Source of the DNA: Octopus sinensis
Taxonomy: Eukaryota
Assembly: GCF_006345805.1 (NCBI RefSeq)
Contig: NC_043023.1
Coordinates: forward strand, 2,852,001 to 2,916,000
DNA length: 64,000 nt
Direction of reading: 5' to 3'
Shown in pieces: positions 37,049 through 50,627 of this stretch; position 1 is the stretch's first letter; each line of letters opens with the position of its first letter. The position numbers and the translations under genes are program-made. The notes beneath the pieces are model-generated. The model searched no databases. It was not told the origin of the DNA and saw only the letters and a list, made by a program, of their open reading frames with translations.

Positions 37049-38703
37049 GTATATATTTATGTGTTTGTGTGTCTGTGTTTGTTCCACACACTCACCTACT
37101 ATTGCTTGACAACTGATGTCAATGTGTTTATCTTCCGGTAACTTAGCAGTACAGCAAAAGTGTCTGATAGAATAAGTTCTAGAATAACAAGGCGGTGAGC
37201 TGGCAGAAACGTTAGCACGTCAGGCGAAATGCTTAGCGGTATTTCATCTGCTGTTACGTTCTGAGTTCAAATTCTGCCGATGTCGACTTTGCCTTTCATC
37301 CATTCGGGGTCGATAAATTAAGTACCAGTTGTGCACTGGTGTCAATATAATCGACTTAATCCGTTTGTCTGTCCTTTTTTGTCCTCATTGTGTTTAGCCC
37401 CTTGTGGGTAGTAAAGAAATAGGTATTTCATCTTTCGCTATGTTCTGAGTTCAAATGCAGCCTAGGTCGACTTTGCCCTTTATAGTTGTATTAAGGGCAG
37501 TGCAATGTTATAGTACTAGCTTTGGTGTTGTTGTTGTTGGTGGTGGTAATGGTGGAGGTTTTATAAGAAGTTACTGTGCATGTTGTAGTTTCAGTGGTGC
37601 TTAAGTAGTAGTAGTAATCGTAGTAGCAGTGTTGTGGAGGTAGTGGTTGTGTTGATGGAGTTCATAGAAGTAATCATAGTAGTGGTTTGGTGGTAGTAGT
37701 TGTAGTATGTGTAGAAGCTGCAACAGCACTTGAAGTAGCAGTGATGGTTGTAGTAGTAGTAGTAGCTGCAGCAGTGGTGAAGGTATGAGTAGTAGTTATA
37801 GTAGCAGCACAAATAGTAGAGGTGGTGATGGTGGTAGTAGCAGTAGCCATAGTAGCAGTAGTAGTAGCAGCAGCAGCATCTTGACAACCGATGTTGGTGT
37901 GTTTACGTCCCCGTAACTTAGCAGTTCAGAAAAAAAAGAGACCGATAGAAGAAGTACAAGGCTTACAAGGCAATGCTCCAGCATGGCCATGGCCAATTGA
38001 TTTCAACAAGTAAAAGAGTAAAAGAAATACTCACATACACACATGCACACACAGATACATGCACAAATATGCATATATACATACATACGCACATGTATAT
38101 ATACATACACACATGCATACACGTATATATATATTACTTATGTGCACACATAAGTACATACACCTACAGCCATATACATACAAATACACACTCACACACA
38201 CATACTTACATTCATATACACATACACAGATATATACATACATACATATATATATATATATATTAACACATACACATACATACATATTTACATTCATACA
38301 CACACACATACATATACATATATTTACATTCACACATGCACACACTTCTACACATATTTAGATATATACATATAAATGAATAAACACACACATACATATA
38401 CATACATACCACATATACATACATAGATATATATATATATATCTATATATATATATATATATATAAATATGCACACAAACATAAATACGCATTATATACA
38501 AACATACATATATACACACATATTCAACATGTGTTTCTGCTTAGACATGCATATATATATATATATACACACATTCATATATACATGCATACATACACAA
38601 ACATAAGCCCACAGACACAAGTTTACACACACACACACACACACACACATACATTCACACACACACACACACTTTTGCTGACAGACTCATATAGAGGATA
38701 AAT

Positions 38704-38817
38704 GGGTGGAGTTAGACAAGATAAATTTGAGGGGCTAGGTTTGTTCAGCCAATCAGGGACAAACTCCAAGGTGAGAGGGGGTGTGGCCTACAAATGTAGT
38801 GTTTAGTGGGTGGAGTC
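38704..38817. promoter_or_regulatory. Candidate cis-regulatory island (GC/CACCC boxes and CCAAT)
   Basis: GGGTGGAGT at 38704 and 38808, CAGCCAATCAG at 38746, GGGGTGTGGCC at ~38778, in unique sequence between CA/TG tracts. Confidence 0.3.
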
Positions 38818-39879
38818 ATTTGTGTGAGTGTGTGTTTGCATGTATGTGTGTGTGTGTGTGTGTGTGGATGTATGTGTTTAGATGTTTGTGTTGCTTTCCT
38901 GTTGTGAGTGCTGTGTTGTGGAGTTGCTGTTTAACCCAAGGTCAGTCCTGATCCAGCAGACCTATAACCAAAGATGTTCCAGCTGTGACCATCCCATCTT
39001 TTATTCAGGCATAGTGTATCTCGGACTACATTATTTAATGTATAGTATAGAAGTTAGTTTTAATGGTTACAGTTGTTGTTGTTGCTGTTGTTGTTGTAGA
39101 AGTATTCAGACATATCTAGGTATGAGACATCACATTATCCAGTCTGACCTTCATAGTTTCAGAAATCCGCATGTTATTTGACAGACTTGGTTTCTATTTC
39201 TACCAGGTCTAGCTACCATGTAGAGGTCTCCCTCATTGGCTCATACATACATATCTACATATATAAGACAGTAGGGTGTGATTTGAGGGAGATTTGGCTG
39301 CTATTTCTAACTGGCTCTAGCTACTGCACCAGGTTTCTGTGTCTGTTACGGCATGGTTTTTTACAGCTAGGTGCCCTTCCAAATGCCAACCACCCAGCAG
39401 AGTGGACTGAATGCCTTTTATCTGGCACCAGCACAGGTGAGGTCATTTTTGGCAAGGCTTTTACAGCTGGGTGCCCTTCCAAATGCCAACCACCCAGCAG
39501 AGTGGACTGAGAGCTTTTTATGTGGCACCAATACTGGACAGGGTCACCAGGTAACTTGCAAAACCAAGACCCTTTGAGAGAGAGAAGGGGCATTGGAGGT
39601 GGTGGTTTTGTGTCAGATGATGAAAGGTTAGAGTGTGACAGGGAGAGAGTGAGACAGAAACATGTGTCTCGCTGCAGAGGAGGTACATGGTTACTCAACC
39701 AGAGAGAGAAAAAAAAAATTAACTCACACAATAGTTTTATTGTTGTGGAACCTGGATTTTCTACACCAGAAACGTTTTGATGTGGATCAGCAATCCGACA
39801 GTGTAGACTGCCTAAGTCTCAGATTGAGTGCTACGTTGGAAATGCCTTGTTTTTGTCCCCTACCAGGACCTCAGATAGA

Positions 39880-40190
39880 CAGACAGATAGATAGATAAAA
39901 GAGAGAGAGACATTAGGGACAGGCAGACAGGTTAGATTGACACATAGATAGATTGATAGATAGATAGATAGATAGATGGATAGAGAAAGAGAGAGAGAGA
40001 GACATTAGGGACAGGCAGACAGGTTAGATTGACACATAGATAGATAGATAGATAGATAGATAGATGGATAGAGAAAGAGAGAGAGAGAGACATTAGGGAC
40101 AGGCAGACAGGTTAGATTGACACATAGATAGATTGATAGATAGACAGAGAGAGAGACACAGAGAGAGAAAGAGGGATTAGATAGATAGCT
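39880..40190. repeat. Three ~85-90-bp tandem units in a (GATA)/(GA)n tract
   Basis: GAGACATTAGGGACAGGCAGACAGGTTAGATTGACACATAGATAG three times. Confidence 0.9.
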
Positions 40191-41112
40191 AAATATCAGG
40201 GACGTGCTGCCTAGGTAGCAAGGTAGGCAGTGCCTACCCTGAATGAAATAGATCAATAGCAACATTTTCCTTTTATGGCAAAATATGCACCTAATTCAAT
40301 AAAATTATGAAGGTTACTCTGATTACTCTGCATAAAATGCAAAATATTTTATGTTTTTGTAGATTAGGTAGGCATAATTCACCCCTGCTTTTCAATCTCA
40401 GTATTAAAGCTACGCATAGGATTGATGTAGTACACATGCTGCGTACACTCCTACAACAATGTTTTCTTTATGTGCTATAAAGGCAGAAGTAAATCTGCCT
40501 TCAACTCAGTCGCACACCTGTGTTTCGCTTATTTTTGTGTGTTTTACAACATAAACTACACCAACTGTCTACCCTGAGTAATTATTGGCAACACCTGCCT
40601 GATAAATAGATAGACAAACAGACATGTAAATAGATAAAATCGATGGGCTTCAATACAGTTTCTGCCTATCAAATTCACCCACACAGCACAGGTTGGCCCA
40701 GAGCTATTGTAAAAGATACTTGACAAAGGTGCTGCAGACTAGGACTGAACCTGAAACCATGTGGCTGCAAAGTGTGTTTCTTAACCACACAGCCTTTGGT
40801 AGAAATGTCTGTGCTTATGGTACACATATATATATATATAAGTTGCAGTGTATGTTTATTTTTGACTATGTACTGTTGGTAGTGTATGAAAGGTCGATCT
40901 GAGTGTATATACATGTGTATTTAATGTAGGTAGTGTTTGTTAATGTTGTTAAATGTATATATGTATTTGGGTCTGTATATTGTTGATATAGCGTGTAAAT
41001 TGATGTATATATATATATATACACTTCTCAACAATCAACTTTATCAACAATATATGTATAAATGCAAATATATTGTTGGGGATATGTATATATGAAGATG
41101 TGCATATATATA

Positions 41113-41157
<45 letters not shown>

Positions 41158-41323
41158 GTATATTATCATCGTTAAAAACAATTATGCTGATGATGATGAT
41201 ATAATATATACACCGCACAACACCACATGCATACAATTTATGCATGAATAGTATATATATATTCATGTATTGTAGAAAGTATATAAACATATATACATTC
41301 CTTTATTATTCAAACGCACAATG

Positions 41324-41368
<45 letters not shown>

Positions 41369-41606
41369 CAGTATAAATTATACATATGGACACTCACAAA
41401 CACACGCACATACACACACAAAACACATACATATATACATAAATGCTCATATATCTGTGTATGTATGTGTACATAGTAGGTATGTGCACTTATACACACA
41501 CATATGTATGTGTGCATGTATATGTAAAGATATAAATCTATATGTGTGCATAAGTATGTATCTATGTGAACGTATGTACATGTGATAATATATATTATAT
41601 ATGTAG

Positions 41607-41654
<48 letters not shown>

Positions 41655-42215
41655 GTGTGAATATATGCTTATGTATATATATGCATGTGTATACATACAT
41701 ATGTATATATGCAATTTTTATATACATGTGCATGTATATATATATGCATACTATATGTATGTAAATACACACAAGTAAACATGCACACACACATACATAT
41801 ATATATATTATATATATGTATGTGTGTATCTACATACCTGCATACCCATCCACCCACCACAAATCCATCCGACAACCACCATTCACCTGCACAACGCTTT
41901 CCAATTAGAAGACTTACCAAACCATATTCCTCACTACAAAATAAAAACTAACAGAATCCTTTAACAACCAAAGACATTTGCAAATCAAAACGGTCAAATT
42001 CTCTCTGGAACCCTTAACTAGATTTCGAGATTTATTTTAAGATCTTGTTTAATGCCAGCGTATATATGTATATAGGTGTGTGTGTGGTGTATGTGTGGCA
42101 TGTGTGGATATGTCAGGATGTGTTAAGAATGTGTTTGTGCGGTGAGTACAAGCGTGTGTCTTTATATGTGTTGTATGTATCTGTATTGTAGATGTATACA
42201 TACATTAATATATAC

Positions 42216-42289
<74 letters not shown>

Positions 42290-42986
42290 TGTGTTATATA
42301 TACATGTATATGTATTATATTATATATGTTATATATATTTCTATGTATATATATGAATATATATACATATATATGTATATATATGTGTATATATATACAC
42401 GTATATGTATATATATATATGAATATATATACATATACATGTATATGTATATATATGTGTATATATATATATACATGTATATGTATATATGTGTCTATAT
42501 ATGTATGTATATATATATATATGCACACACATAAGTACATATGTACGTACACACGCATTCACATAAATGAAATTTATGTCTGTGAGTTTGTCACATGGTT
42601 TTGTGCAAGTGTGTCTGTATAGACGTGAATGTATATTCACTCCAAGACACTATGGCAGTTGTCTTCTCTTTTTGCTGACATTGTTAGGTCGAATCTTAGC
42701 CAAAAAGCTATTTGTCTTCACATAGACATAGGTGCTGGTGTGACTGGGGGGGTTAAAAGCCTGCACCGAACCACGTGGATTTAGGTTCAATCCTACTGCA
42801 TGGCACTGTAGGTGTTTTCTTCTATAGCCACAGGCTGGCAAAAGCCTTATGAATGAATTTGATAAATGGAAACTTGAAAGAAGCCTCTCATGTGCATGTG
42901 TGTGTGTGTGTGTATATTTATATACATATATATATATACATACATACATGCATATATATATGTATATGTATATATATACATACATA

Positions 42987-43392
42987 GGTGCAGGAGTGGC
43001 TGTGTGGTAAGTAGCTTGCTTACCAGACACATGATTCTGTGTTCAGTCCCACTGCGTGATACCTTCAGCAAGTGTCTTCTACTATAGCTTCGTGCCAACC
43101 AAAGCCTTGTGAGTGGATTTGGTAGACGGAAACTGAAAGAAGCCTGTCGTATATATGTATATATATATATGTGTGTATATGTTTGTGTGTCTGTGTTTGT
43201 CCCCCCAGCATCACTTGACAACTGATGCTGGTGTGTTTACGTCCCCGTAATTTAGCAGTTTGGCAAAAGGGATCGATATAATAAGTACTAGGCTTACAAA
43301 GAATAAGTCCTGGGGTTGATTTGCTCAACTAAGGGCAGTGCTCCAGCATGGCCACAGTCAAATGACTGAAACAAGTAAAAGAGTAAAAGAGA
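42987..43392 (+). mobile_element. SINE family A, full copy
   Basis: Head to tail intact. Confidence 0.9.
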
Positions 43393-43450
43393 TGCATGCA
43401 TGCACACACACCACATGATAACTGTGTGTCTGTGTATGTATGTATGTATG

Positions 43451-43487
<37 letters not shown>

Positions 43488-43494
<7 letters not shown>

Positions 43495-44489
43495 TCAATA
43501 TAGGGTGGCAAAAAATTTTGTAGAATTTTTTTGCCACCAGTGGCCTAGTGGGAAAAATTAAATAGTCATAGACCATTTTTAAGTTCAACATCACAATCAA
43601 GGAACGGCCATAATAGGCCATTCACCCACTAGAAATAACAGCCAAAGCTTCAACCGAAAAATAAAAATCAATTCCGTAAACCAGGAGAAAATTAAAAAAC
43701 ATTTACCCTGTACTTTCTTATACGAATGCACCGTTTCATCTACTGTTTATGGTAAACTAACCTGATTAAATAAATCAAGCCAATCTTCCATAGGCCCTTA
43801 GATTCATCAGTAAGAAATAGCCAAGTCGGAACAGATATTTTCACGAGGCATTTCCGACCCTGCCTCGGCAATATCTGACCTAAAATTTTCAAATCATCGC
43901 ACTCCGCCAAATTTATCGGCAGCAAATAAATATAAGCCGCCGATTCCATTACCGAATTAACCAAAAATTCATAATTAATCAATATAGGGTGGCAAAAAAT
44001 TTTGTAGAATTTTTTTGCCACCAGCGGCCTAGTGGGAAAAATTAAATAGTCTAGACCATTTTTAAGTTCAACATCACAATCAAGAAACGGCCATAATAGG
44101 CCATTCACCCACTAGAAATAACAGCCAAAGCTTCATCCGCAAATAAAAATCAATTCCGTAAACCAGGAGAAAATTAAAAAACATTTACCCTGTAATTTCT
44201 TATACGATGCACCGTTTCATCTACTGTTAATGGTAAACTAACCTGATTAAATTAAATCAAGCCATCTTCCATAGGCCCTTAGATTCATCAGTAAGAAATA
44301 GCCAAGTCGGAACAGATATTTTCACGAGGCATTTCCGACCCTGCCTCGGCAATATCTGACCTAAAATTTTCAAATCATCGCACTCGCGCCAAATTTAGGC
44401 AGCAATAAAATATAAGCCGCCAATTCCATTACGGAATTAACCAGAAAATTCATAATTAATCAATATAGGGTGGCAAAAAATTTTGTAGA
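43488..44489. repeat. Tandem ~483-bp unit (two copies plus the start of a third) flanked by (TA)n
   Basis: Unit starts TAATTAATCAATATAGGG at 43488, 43972 and 44453; contains a 12-bp-stem hairpin followed by CTAG. Confidence 0.92.
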
Positions 44490-44584
44490 TTATATATATA
44501 TATATATATATTAATATATATATATATATACACACACACATACATACATGCATACACACACACACACACCACATGAGGCTCAGA

Positions 44585-44730
44585 AATATAAAGGAATTAT
44601 AAATTTTCACCAACTTCATTAGCTTACGGCTGTTTCTACCTATAACATACAATGCACTGATAGCTGCGTTCTTGAGTATCACCCTATAGCTTCATCAGAG
44701 CTCCAGACATGAAGTGCAGTCTTATTTGGG
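44585..44730 (-). ncRNA. Degenerate type I hammerhead (44621-44702), paralogue of 18281-18361
   Basis: Minus strand AGCU-CUGAUGA-AGCUAUAG...UUAUAGGUA-GAAAC-AGCC-GUA-AGCU. Confidence 0.55.
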
Positions 44731-44899
44731 TAAACATTTACATTTTATGTATGTGTGGTAAGTAGCTTTCTTACCAACCACATGGTTCCAGGTTCAGTTC
44801 CACTGCATGGCACCTTGGGCAAGTGTCTCATACTACAGCCTCAGGCCAACCAAAGCCTTCTTATTGGATTTGGCAGACAAAAACTGAAAGAAGCCTGTC

Positions 44900-44938
<39 letters not shown>

Positions 44939-44982
44939 TAAAATAGGATAAAATTTTTATAAGATTTATCAAGTAGTTAGCA

Positions 44983-45013
<31 letters not shown>

Positions 45014-45095
45014 GTGTATATATATGTATATATATATGTATGTGTATTTATGTATATATATATATGTATATATATATACATATATATATATGCAT

Positions 45096-45151
<56 letters not shown>

Positions 45152-45799
45152 GTAATATGTTTGTGGTTCCTTTTCATTTAGGTGTAGACATGGCTGTATG
45201 GTAAGAAGCTTGCTTCTCAACCATATGGTCCCAGGTTCAGTCCCACTGCATGGAACCTTGGGCAAGTGTCTACTATAGCGTCAGGCTGACCGAAGCCTTG
45301 TGAGTGCATTTGGTACACAGGAACCGAAAGAAACCCATTTTGTTGAGCCTTACAAAGGAGATGACAAAGGGTCAAAATATCTGGCGTTTTGCTGTCCTCA
45401 AGAAGACTCATCCACCACAACAAATTGATACAAGTTTTGGTGCCACATACAAAGCACATGTACCAGTGTCATGTTAAAGGCACTGGGGCTGGTGGCACAT
45501 AAGAAGCACTCATGAAGGTGCCACGTTAAAAGCACCCAATACAGCTCTGTAAAGTGGTTGGCATTAGGAAGGGCATCCAGCCACAAAAACCAAGCCAGAA
45601 CCGACAATGGAGCCTGGCATGACCTATAGCCTTACCAGCTGGCGGTCATACCATTCAACCATCCAACTCATGCCAGTATGGAAAATGGACATTAAATGAC
45701 AGTGATATATGTGGGGGGATGTGTTTGTGTGTCTTTGTGTCTGATAGAATAAGTACCAAACAATTAAGCTCTGCGGTTGGGTCATTCAACTTAAAATTC

Positions 45800-46600
45800 T
45801 TAGCAACATGTGTAACAGGTATACCCAATATTTTTCCATTAGCAACAAGTGGCATAAGCAGTTGTAACTAGTAATTTTCATTAGCAACAAATGACACAGG
45901 CAGTTTTAATCAGTATTTTCCATTAGCAACGAGTGGAATAGACAGTTATGCCCAATATTTTTCATTAGCAACAAATGGCGTACTCAGTTGTAACTAGTAA
46001 TTTTCATTAGCAACAAATGACATAGGCAGTTATAACCAATACTTTCCATTAGCAACGAGTGGAATAGACAGTTATGCCCAATATTTTTCATTAGCAACAA
46101 ATGGCGTACTCAGTTGTAACTAGTAATTTTCATTAGCAACAAATGACATAGGCAGTTATAACCAATACTTTCCATTAGCAACGAGTGGAATAGACAGTTA
46201 TGCCCAATATTTTTCATTTGCAACAAATGGCGTACTAAGTTGTAACTAGTAATTTTCATTAGCAACAAATGACATAGGCAGTTATAACCAATACTTTCCA
46301 TTAGCAACGAGTGGAATAGACAGTTATGCCCAATATTTTTCATTAGCAACAAATGGCGTACTCAGTTGTAACTAGTAATTTTCATTAGCAACAAATGACA
46401 TAGGCAGTTATAACCAATACTTTCCATTAGCAACAAGTGGAATAGACAGTTATGCCCAATATTTTTCCATTAGCAACAAGTGGCATAGGCAGTTGAAACC
46501 AGTAATTTTCATTAGCACCGAATGGTGTAGACAGCTGTAATCATGCACCTTAGCAACAGATGCTACTCAGAGTTATAACAACTCTCTTTAGCAACAGATT
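45800..46600 (+). repeat. 42-bp minisatellite organised as a 126-bp 3-mer higher-order repeat
   Basis: TAGCAAC anchors at 45840, 45882, 45924 ... 46428 are exactly 42 bp apart; three monomer types cycle; diverged monomers lie at both edges. Confidence 0.95.
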
Positions 46601-47169
46601 ATATCAAAAGTTTTAAACAGTTCTCATCCTTATGCAAAGATCATATTGATTTGAGTTGTATGGCAACAGTCTCTGACCGAAACAAATAAAAAAAATATAC
46701 CATCAACATCATCATCATCATCGTTATCTGTGTGTCAGTGTTAAAAATTTAATCTACACATGTGTCCTGTAGTAATGATATGTTGCTAACAGTAGTGGAT
46801 ATAATTGTCAAATGACATTTATTGCTAAGGTGTCTGTACTGTTTGTATCATGGATTCTCAACCATTTTTTAATCTATGGACCCCTTTGATTACTATTTTA
46901 TTCTGGTGGACACCTATAGCCATTTGATGTTAAAAAACTACATGTAGACACACCAGCATCAGTTGTCAAGTGATGTTGGGGGGAGAAACACAGACACACA
47001 CACACCCATACACACACACACACATACATATATACATATACACAACGGGCTTCTTTCAGTTTCCGTCTACCAAATCCACTCACAAGGCTTTGCCCAAGGT
47101 GCCATCCAGTGGGAATGAACCTGGAACCATGAGGTTTGTAAGCAAGCTACTTACCACACAGCCACTCTT

Positions 47170-47720
47170 ACGCCATGTAGACTAAGTTTTAATGTTGTAG
47201 CTCCCTTCTGCTGTTTACAGCAGTGCTTGGAAGGAACGTGTGTAGCATGTGATGACTGCATTGACTATCACAGAGAAAGTTGAGCAGAGAATCTTCATCA
47301 AATTTTGCCAAAAGCTTCATGATACCTGCTCAGAGGCCTATGCAAAGTTTTCAAAAAGTTTTCATTGTTCTCAACGCAATCAAGGAGATCTTGTGCAACT
47401 GAAACCCGAGTGTTCTTTTGGTCAGCTGAAAGCAGTTTTGGTACAAACTTGGTAGACAGGTGTCTCATACCCAAATCTTCAGTAATAACGGACTAAACTG
47501 AACTGTAACTAATCTGCACAACCTCTGATTCAATGATTTCCCCTCACAGCTGCACACACATCTGCAATGTTTTTCTCAGTTCTGCTGGTTGAGGGTCTCC
47601 CAGAACACTTGTGCACATTGACATTTTTTCAGCCATCTTGGAAATGTCTGAACCACTCGTACACCTGTGTGTGGCTCATACACTCCTCTCCATACACTTT
47701 CCACAACTTTGCATAGGTCT
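47170..47720. pseudogene. Mariner fossil with internal inversion
   Basis: Plus strand TEKVEQRIFIKFCQKLHDTCSEAYAK; continuation AKLWKVYGEECMSHTQVYEWFRHFQDG...SGRPSTSRT...DLGMRHLSTKFVPKLL on the minus strand. Confidence 0.85.
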
Positions 47721-47774
47721 GTCTGTATCAGAACCGAACTGTAGCCAAACACCAACAACAAAAGCCTCTAATAC

Positions 47775-49755
47775 TTCTATACTGTACATTAGATAATGTA
47801 GTCCTAGATATACTGTGACTGATTAAAAGATGGGATGATAACAGCTATAACATCTTTGATTAAATGTTTACCAGACCCAGACTGACCTAGGGTTAAACAG
47901 CAACAATAGCCCCTAATACTAACTCCATACTATACATTGGATAATGTAGTCCTAGATATACTATGTCTGATTAAAAGATGAGATGGTCACATTTGGAATA
48001 CCTTTCATCATTGGCTTGCTGGATCAGGACTGACCTAGGGCTAAATTACTATACATACTAACACTAACTATTTATACTATACATTAAATAATGTAGTCTT
48101 AGATACACTATGCCTGAATAAATGGTCACAGCTGGAACATCTTTGATCATAAACTGATCTACGTCAGGACTGACCTAGGGCTAAACAACAACATCAACTA
48201 TAGCCCCTAATACTAACTACATACTATACATTAGACAATGTAGTCCTAGGTATACAATGTCTGAATAAAGGCTGGGATGGTCACGACTGGAACGTCTTTG
48301 ATCATAAACCTATCTGGATCTAGACACACCACTGATACTAACTACTATACTGAACATTAGATAATGGAGTCCTAGATACACTATGTCTGAATAAAGGCTG
48401 GGATGGTCACAACTGGAACGTCTTTGATCATAAGCCTATCTGGATCTAGACACACCTGATCTGGTAGATTATTAATCAAAAAATGTTCCAGCTCTAACCA
48501 TTGAATCACATTTCCTTGTTATTCATACATCCTTCACATTTCCAGTCATAGACAGGGTATTTAGTTGCTATTTCTAGTCGAACTGAGCAACCACCTTGGG
48601 GCTCCCTCATTCATTCCTGAAGCCATAAATACATTTTTAAGTTTTATTACATGTATCCCTGACAAAGTTATATTCAGATTCTGCGATGACCCCTTTATAT
48701 GGGCGGTGAGATCCCTTCCAGTTTCCCAGACTGCACCTGTCAACTGGATCAGTGTATTTTATTACCGCCAATGTCGGAGAGTTCAGCTATTAGTTGGGGT
48801 CAGTGTGTTTTATAGAGGAGGGACTCTGCAGGACTGACAGGGAGTAGGGGCAGAGCTACTGAGGCAGAAATGTGCAGGAGGGGAGGGCATGGTCGTAAAT
48901 TCTTGGAGATTATTGCCTGTTGATGTCAACCATATGAGTAATCGCACATCGACAGTTGGCAGTGAATTTCTGGGAGATTTGGCTGCTATTTCTAGTAAAA
49001 GATTCGACCATATAGAGAACTACTTACCTTGTGTTGTTTAACCCTAGGTCAGTCCTGATGGAGCAAATCTATAATCAGAGACGTTCCAGCTGTGACCATC
49101 CCATCTGTAATTAAGTCTTAGTGTATCTAGGACTACATTATCTAATGTACAGTATAATAGTTAGTATTCATATGTTGTTGTTTAGCCCATGGTCAGTCCT
49201 GATCCAATGTACCTATGATCAAAGATGTTCCAGATGTGGCCATCCTGTCTTTTATTCTGACAGTGTATCTAGGACTACATCACTGAATGTGTAGCAGTTA
49301 GAATTAATGGCTTTAGTTGTTGTTATTGTTCAGCCCCAGGTTAGTCCTGATCCAGCAGACCTATGATCAAAGATGTTCCAACTGTGACCATCCCATCTTT
49401 CATTCTGATATATTGTATCTAGGACTACATGATCTAATGTATAGCAGTTAGTATTAGTTCTTGTTGTTTAGCCCCAGGTCAGTCAAGGTCCAATAGATCT
49501 ATGATCAAAGATGTTCCATCTGTGACCATCCCATCTTTTATTCAGGCATAGTGTATCTTGGACTACATGATCTAATGTACAGTGGAGTAGTTAGCATAGC
49601 AGTTAGTATTAATGGCTATAGTTAATGTTGTAGTTACTGTTGTTTAATCCCAGGTGGGTCTTGCTATAGTAGAGCTATGATCAAAGATGTTCCATCTGTG
49701 ACCATCCCATCTTTTATTTGGACATAGTGGATCTATAAGTACATTGTCTAATGCC
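47775..49755. repeat. Convergent arrays of a ~130-bp (CAA)n-tailed retroposon fragment: five plus-oriented and five minus-oriented units around a ~570-bp core
   Basis: ACATTAGATAATGTAGTCCTAGATACAC...GATGGGATGGTCACAGCTGGAAC...GGGCTAAACAAC units at 47775-48455 and reverse complements at 49030-49755; single relative at ~38925-39050. Confidence 0.85.
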
Positions 49756-49833
49756 CTCTCTCTCTGCTAAGTATAGGAGGGGGCACCACAGAAATGGTAA
49801 ATGGTATAAGGCGGCAAGCTGACAGAAATGTTA

Positions 49834-50247
49834 GGCGCAGGAGTGGTTGTGTGGTAAGTAGCTTGCCTACCAACCACATGGTCCCGGGTTCAGTCCCACT
49901 GTGTGGCACCTTGGGCAAGTGTCTTCTGCTATAGCCCTGGGCCGACCAATGCCTTGTGAGTGGATTTAGTAGACGGAAACTGAAAGAAGCCTGTCGTATA
50001 TATGTATATATATATATATATGTATGTGTGTGTATATGTTTATGTGTCTGTGTTTGTCCCCCTAGCATTGCTTGACAACCGATGCTGGTGTGTTTACGTC
50101 GCCGTAACTTAGCGGTTCGGCAAAAGAGACCGATAGAATGAGTACTTGGCTTACAAAGAATAAGTCCCGGGTGTCGATTTGCTCGACTAAAAAAAGGCGG
50201 TGCTCCAGCATGGCCGCAGTCAAATGACTGAAACAAGCAAAAGAGTA
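49834..50247 (+). mobile_element. SINE family A, full copy nested in a family B SINE
   Basis: Family B head at 49809-49833 resumes at 50248. Confidence 0.88.
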
Positions 50248-50489
50248 AGTTGGGCAAAATGCTTAGCAGTATTTCGTCTGTCCTTACCTTCTGAGTTCAA
50301 ATTTCGCCTAGGTCAATTTTGCCTTTCATCCCTTTCGGGGTCGATAAATTAAGTACTAGTTTTACACTGGGTTCGATGTAATCAAGTTAATCCCTTTGTC
50401 TGTCCTTCTTTGTCCCCTCTATGTTTAGCTCCTTATGGGCAATAAACAAATAAGAAATGGTTTATGGCACAAAAGAAATCACTTTAAAC

Positions 50490-50620
50490 TTGCTAAAATA
50501 ATATCTGGGATGCCTTTATCTCTACTAAGTATAGATGCAGATGTGTTACGAAAGATTAACTTTGAGGATCTGATCAAAGATTTTGCAATTCAAAAAAGTA
50601 GGAGGAAACTTTTCAAATAT
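50490..50620 (+). pseudogene. hAT transposase C-terminal (dimerisation-domain) fragment
   Basis: LSLLSIDADVLRKINFEDLIKDFAIQKSRRKLF; a hAT-type 3' end ...CTTAATCCAGCCCTG lies at ~51476-51490 beyond the nested insertions. Confidence 0.75.
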
Positions 50621-50627
50621 AAATATA

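Noticed and set aside
40197-40560. Possible hAT-type MITE end (CAGGGACGTG...GGTAGGCAGTGCCTACC); similar weak case at ~46850
   Set aside because: No matching opposite terminus or TSD identified.
43795-43830. Minus-strand CUGAUGA within the 483-bp unit
   Set aside because: The stem II-like hairpin is not followed by GAAA.
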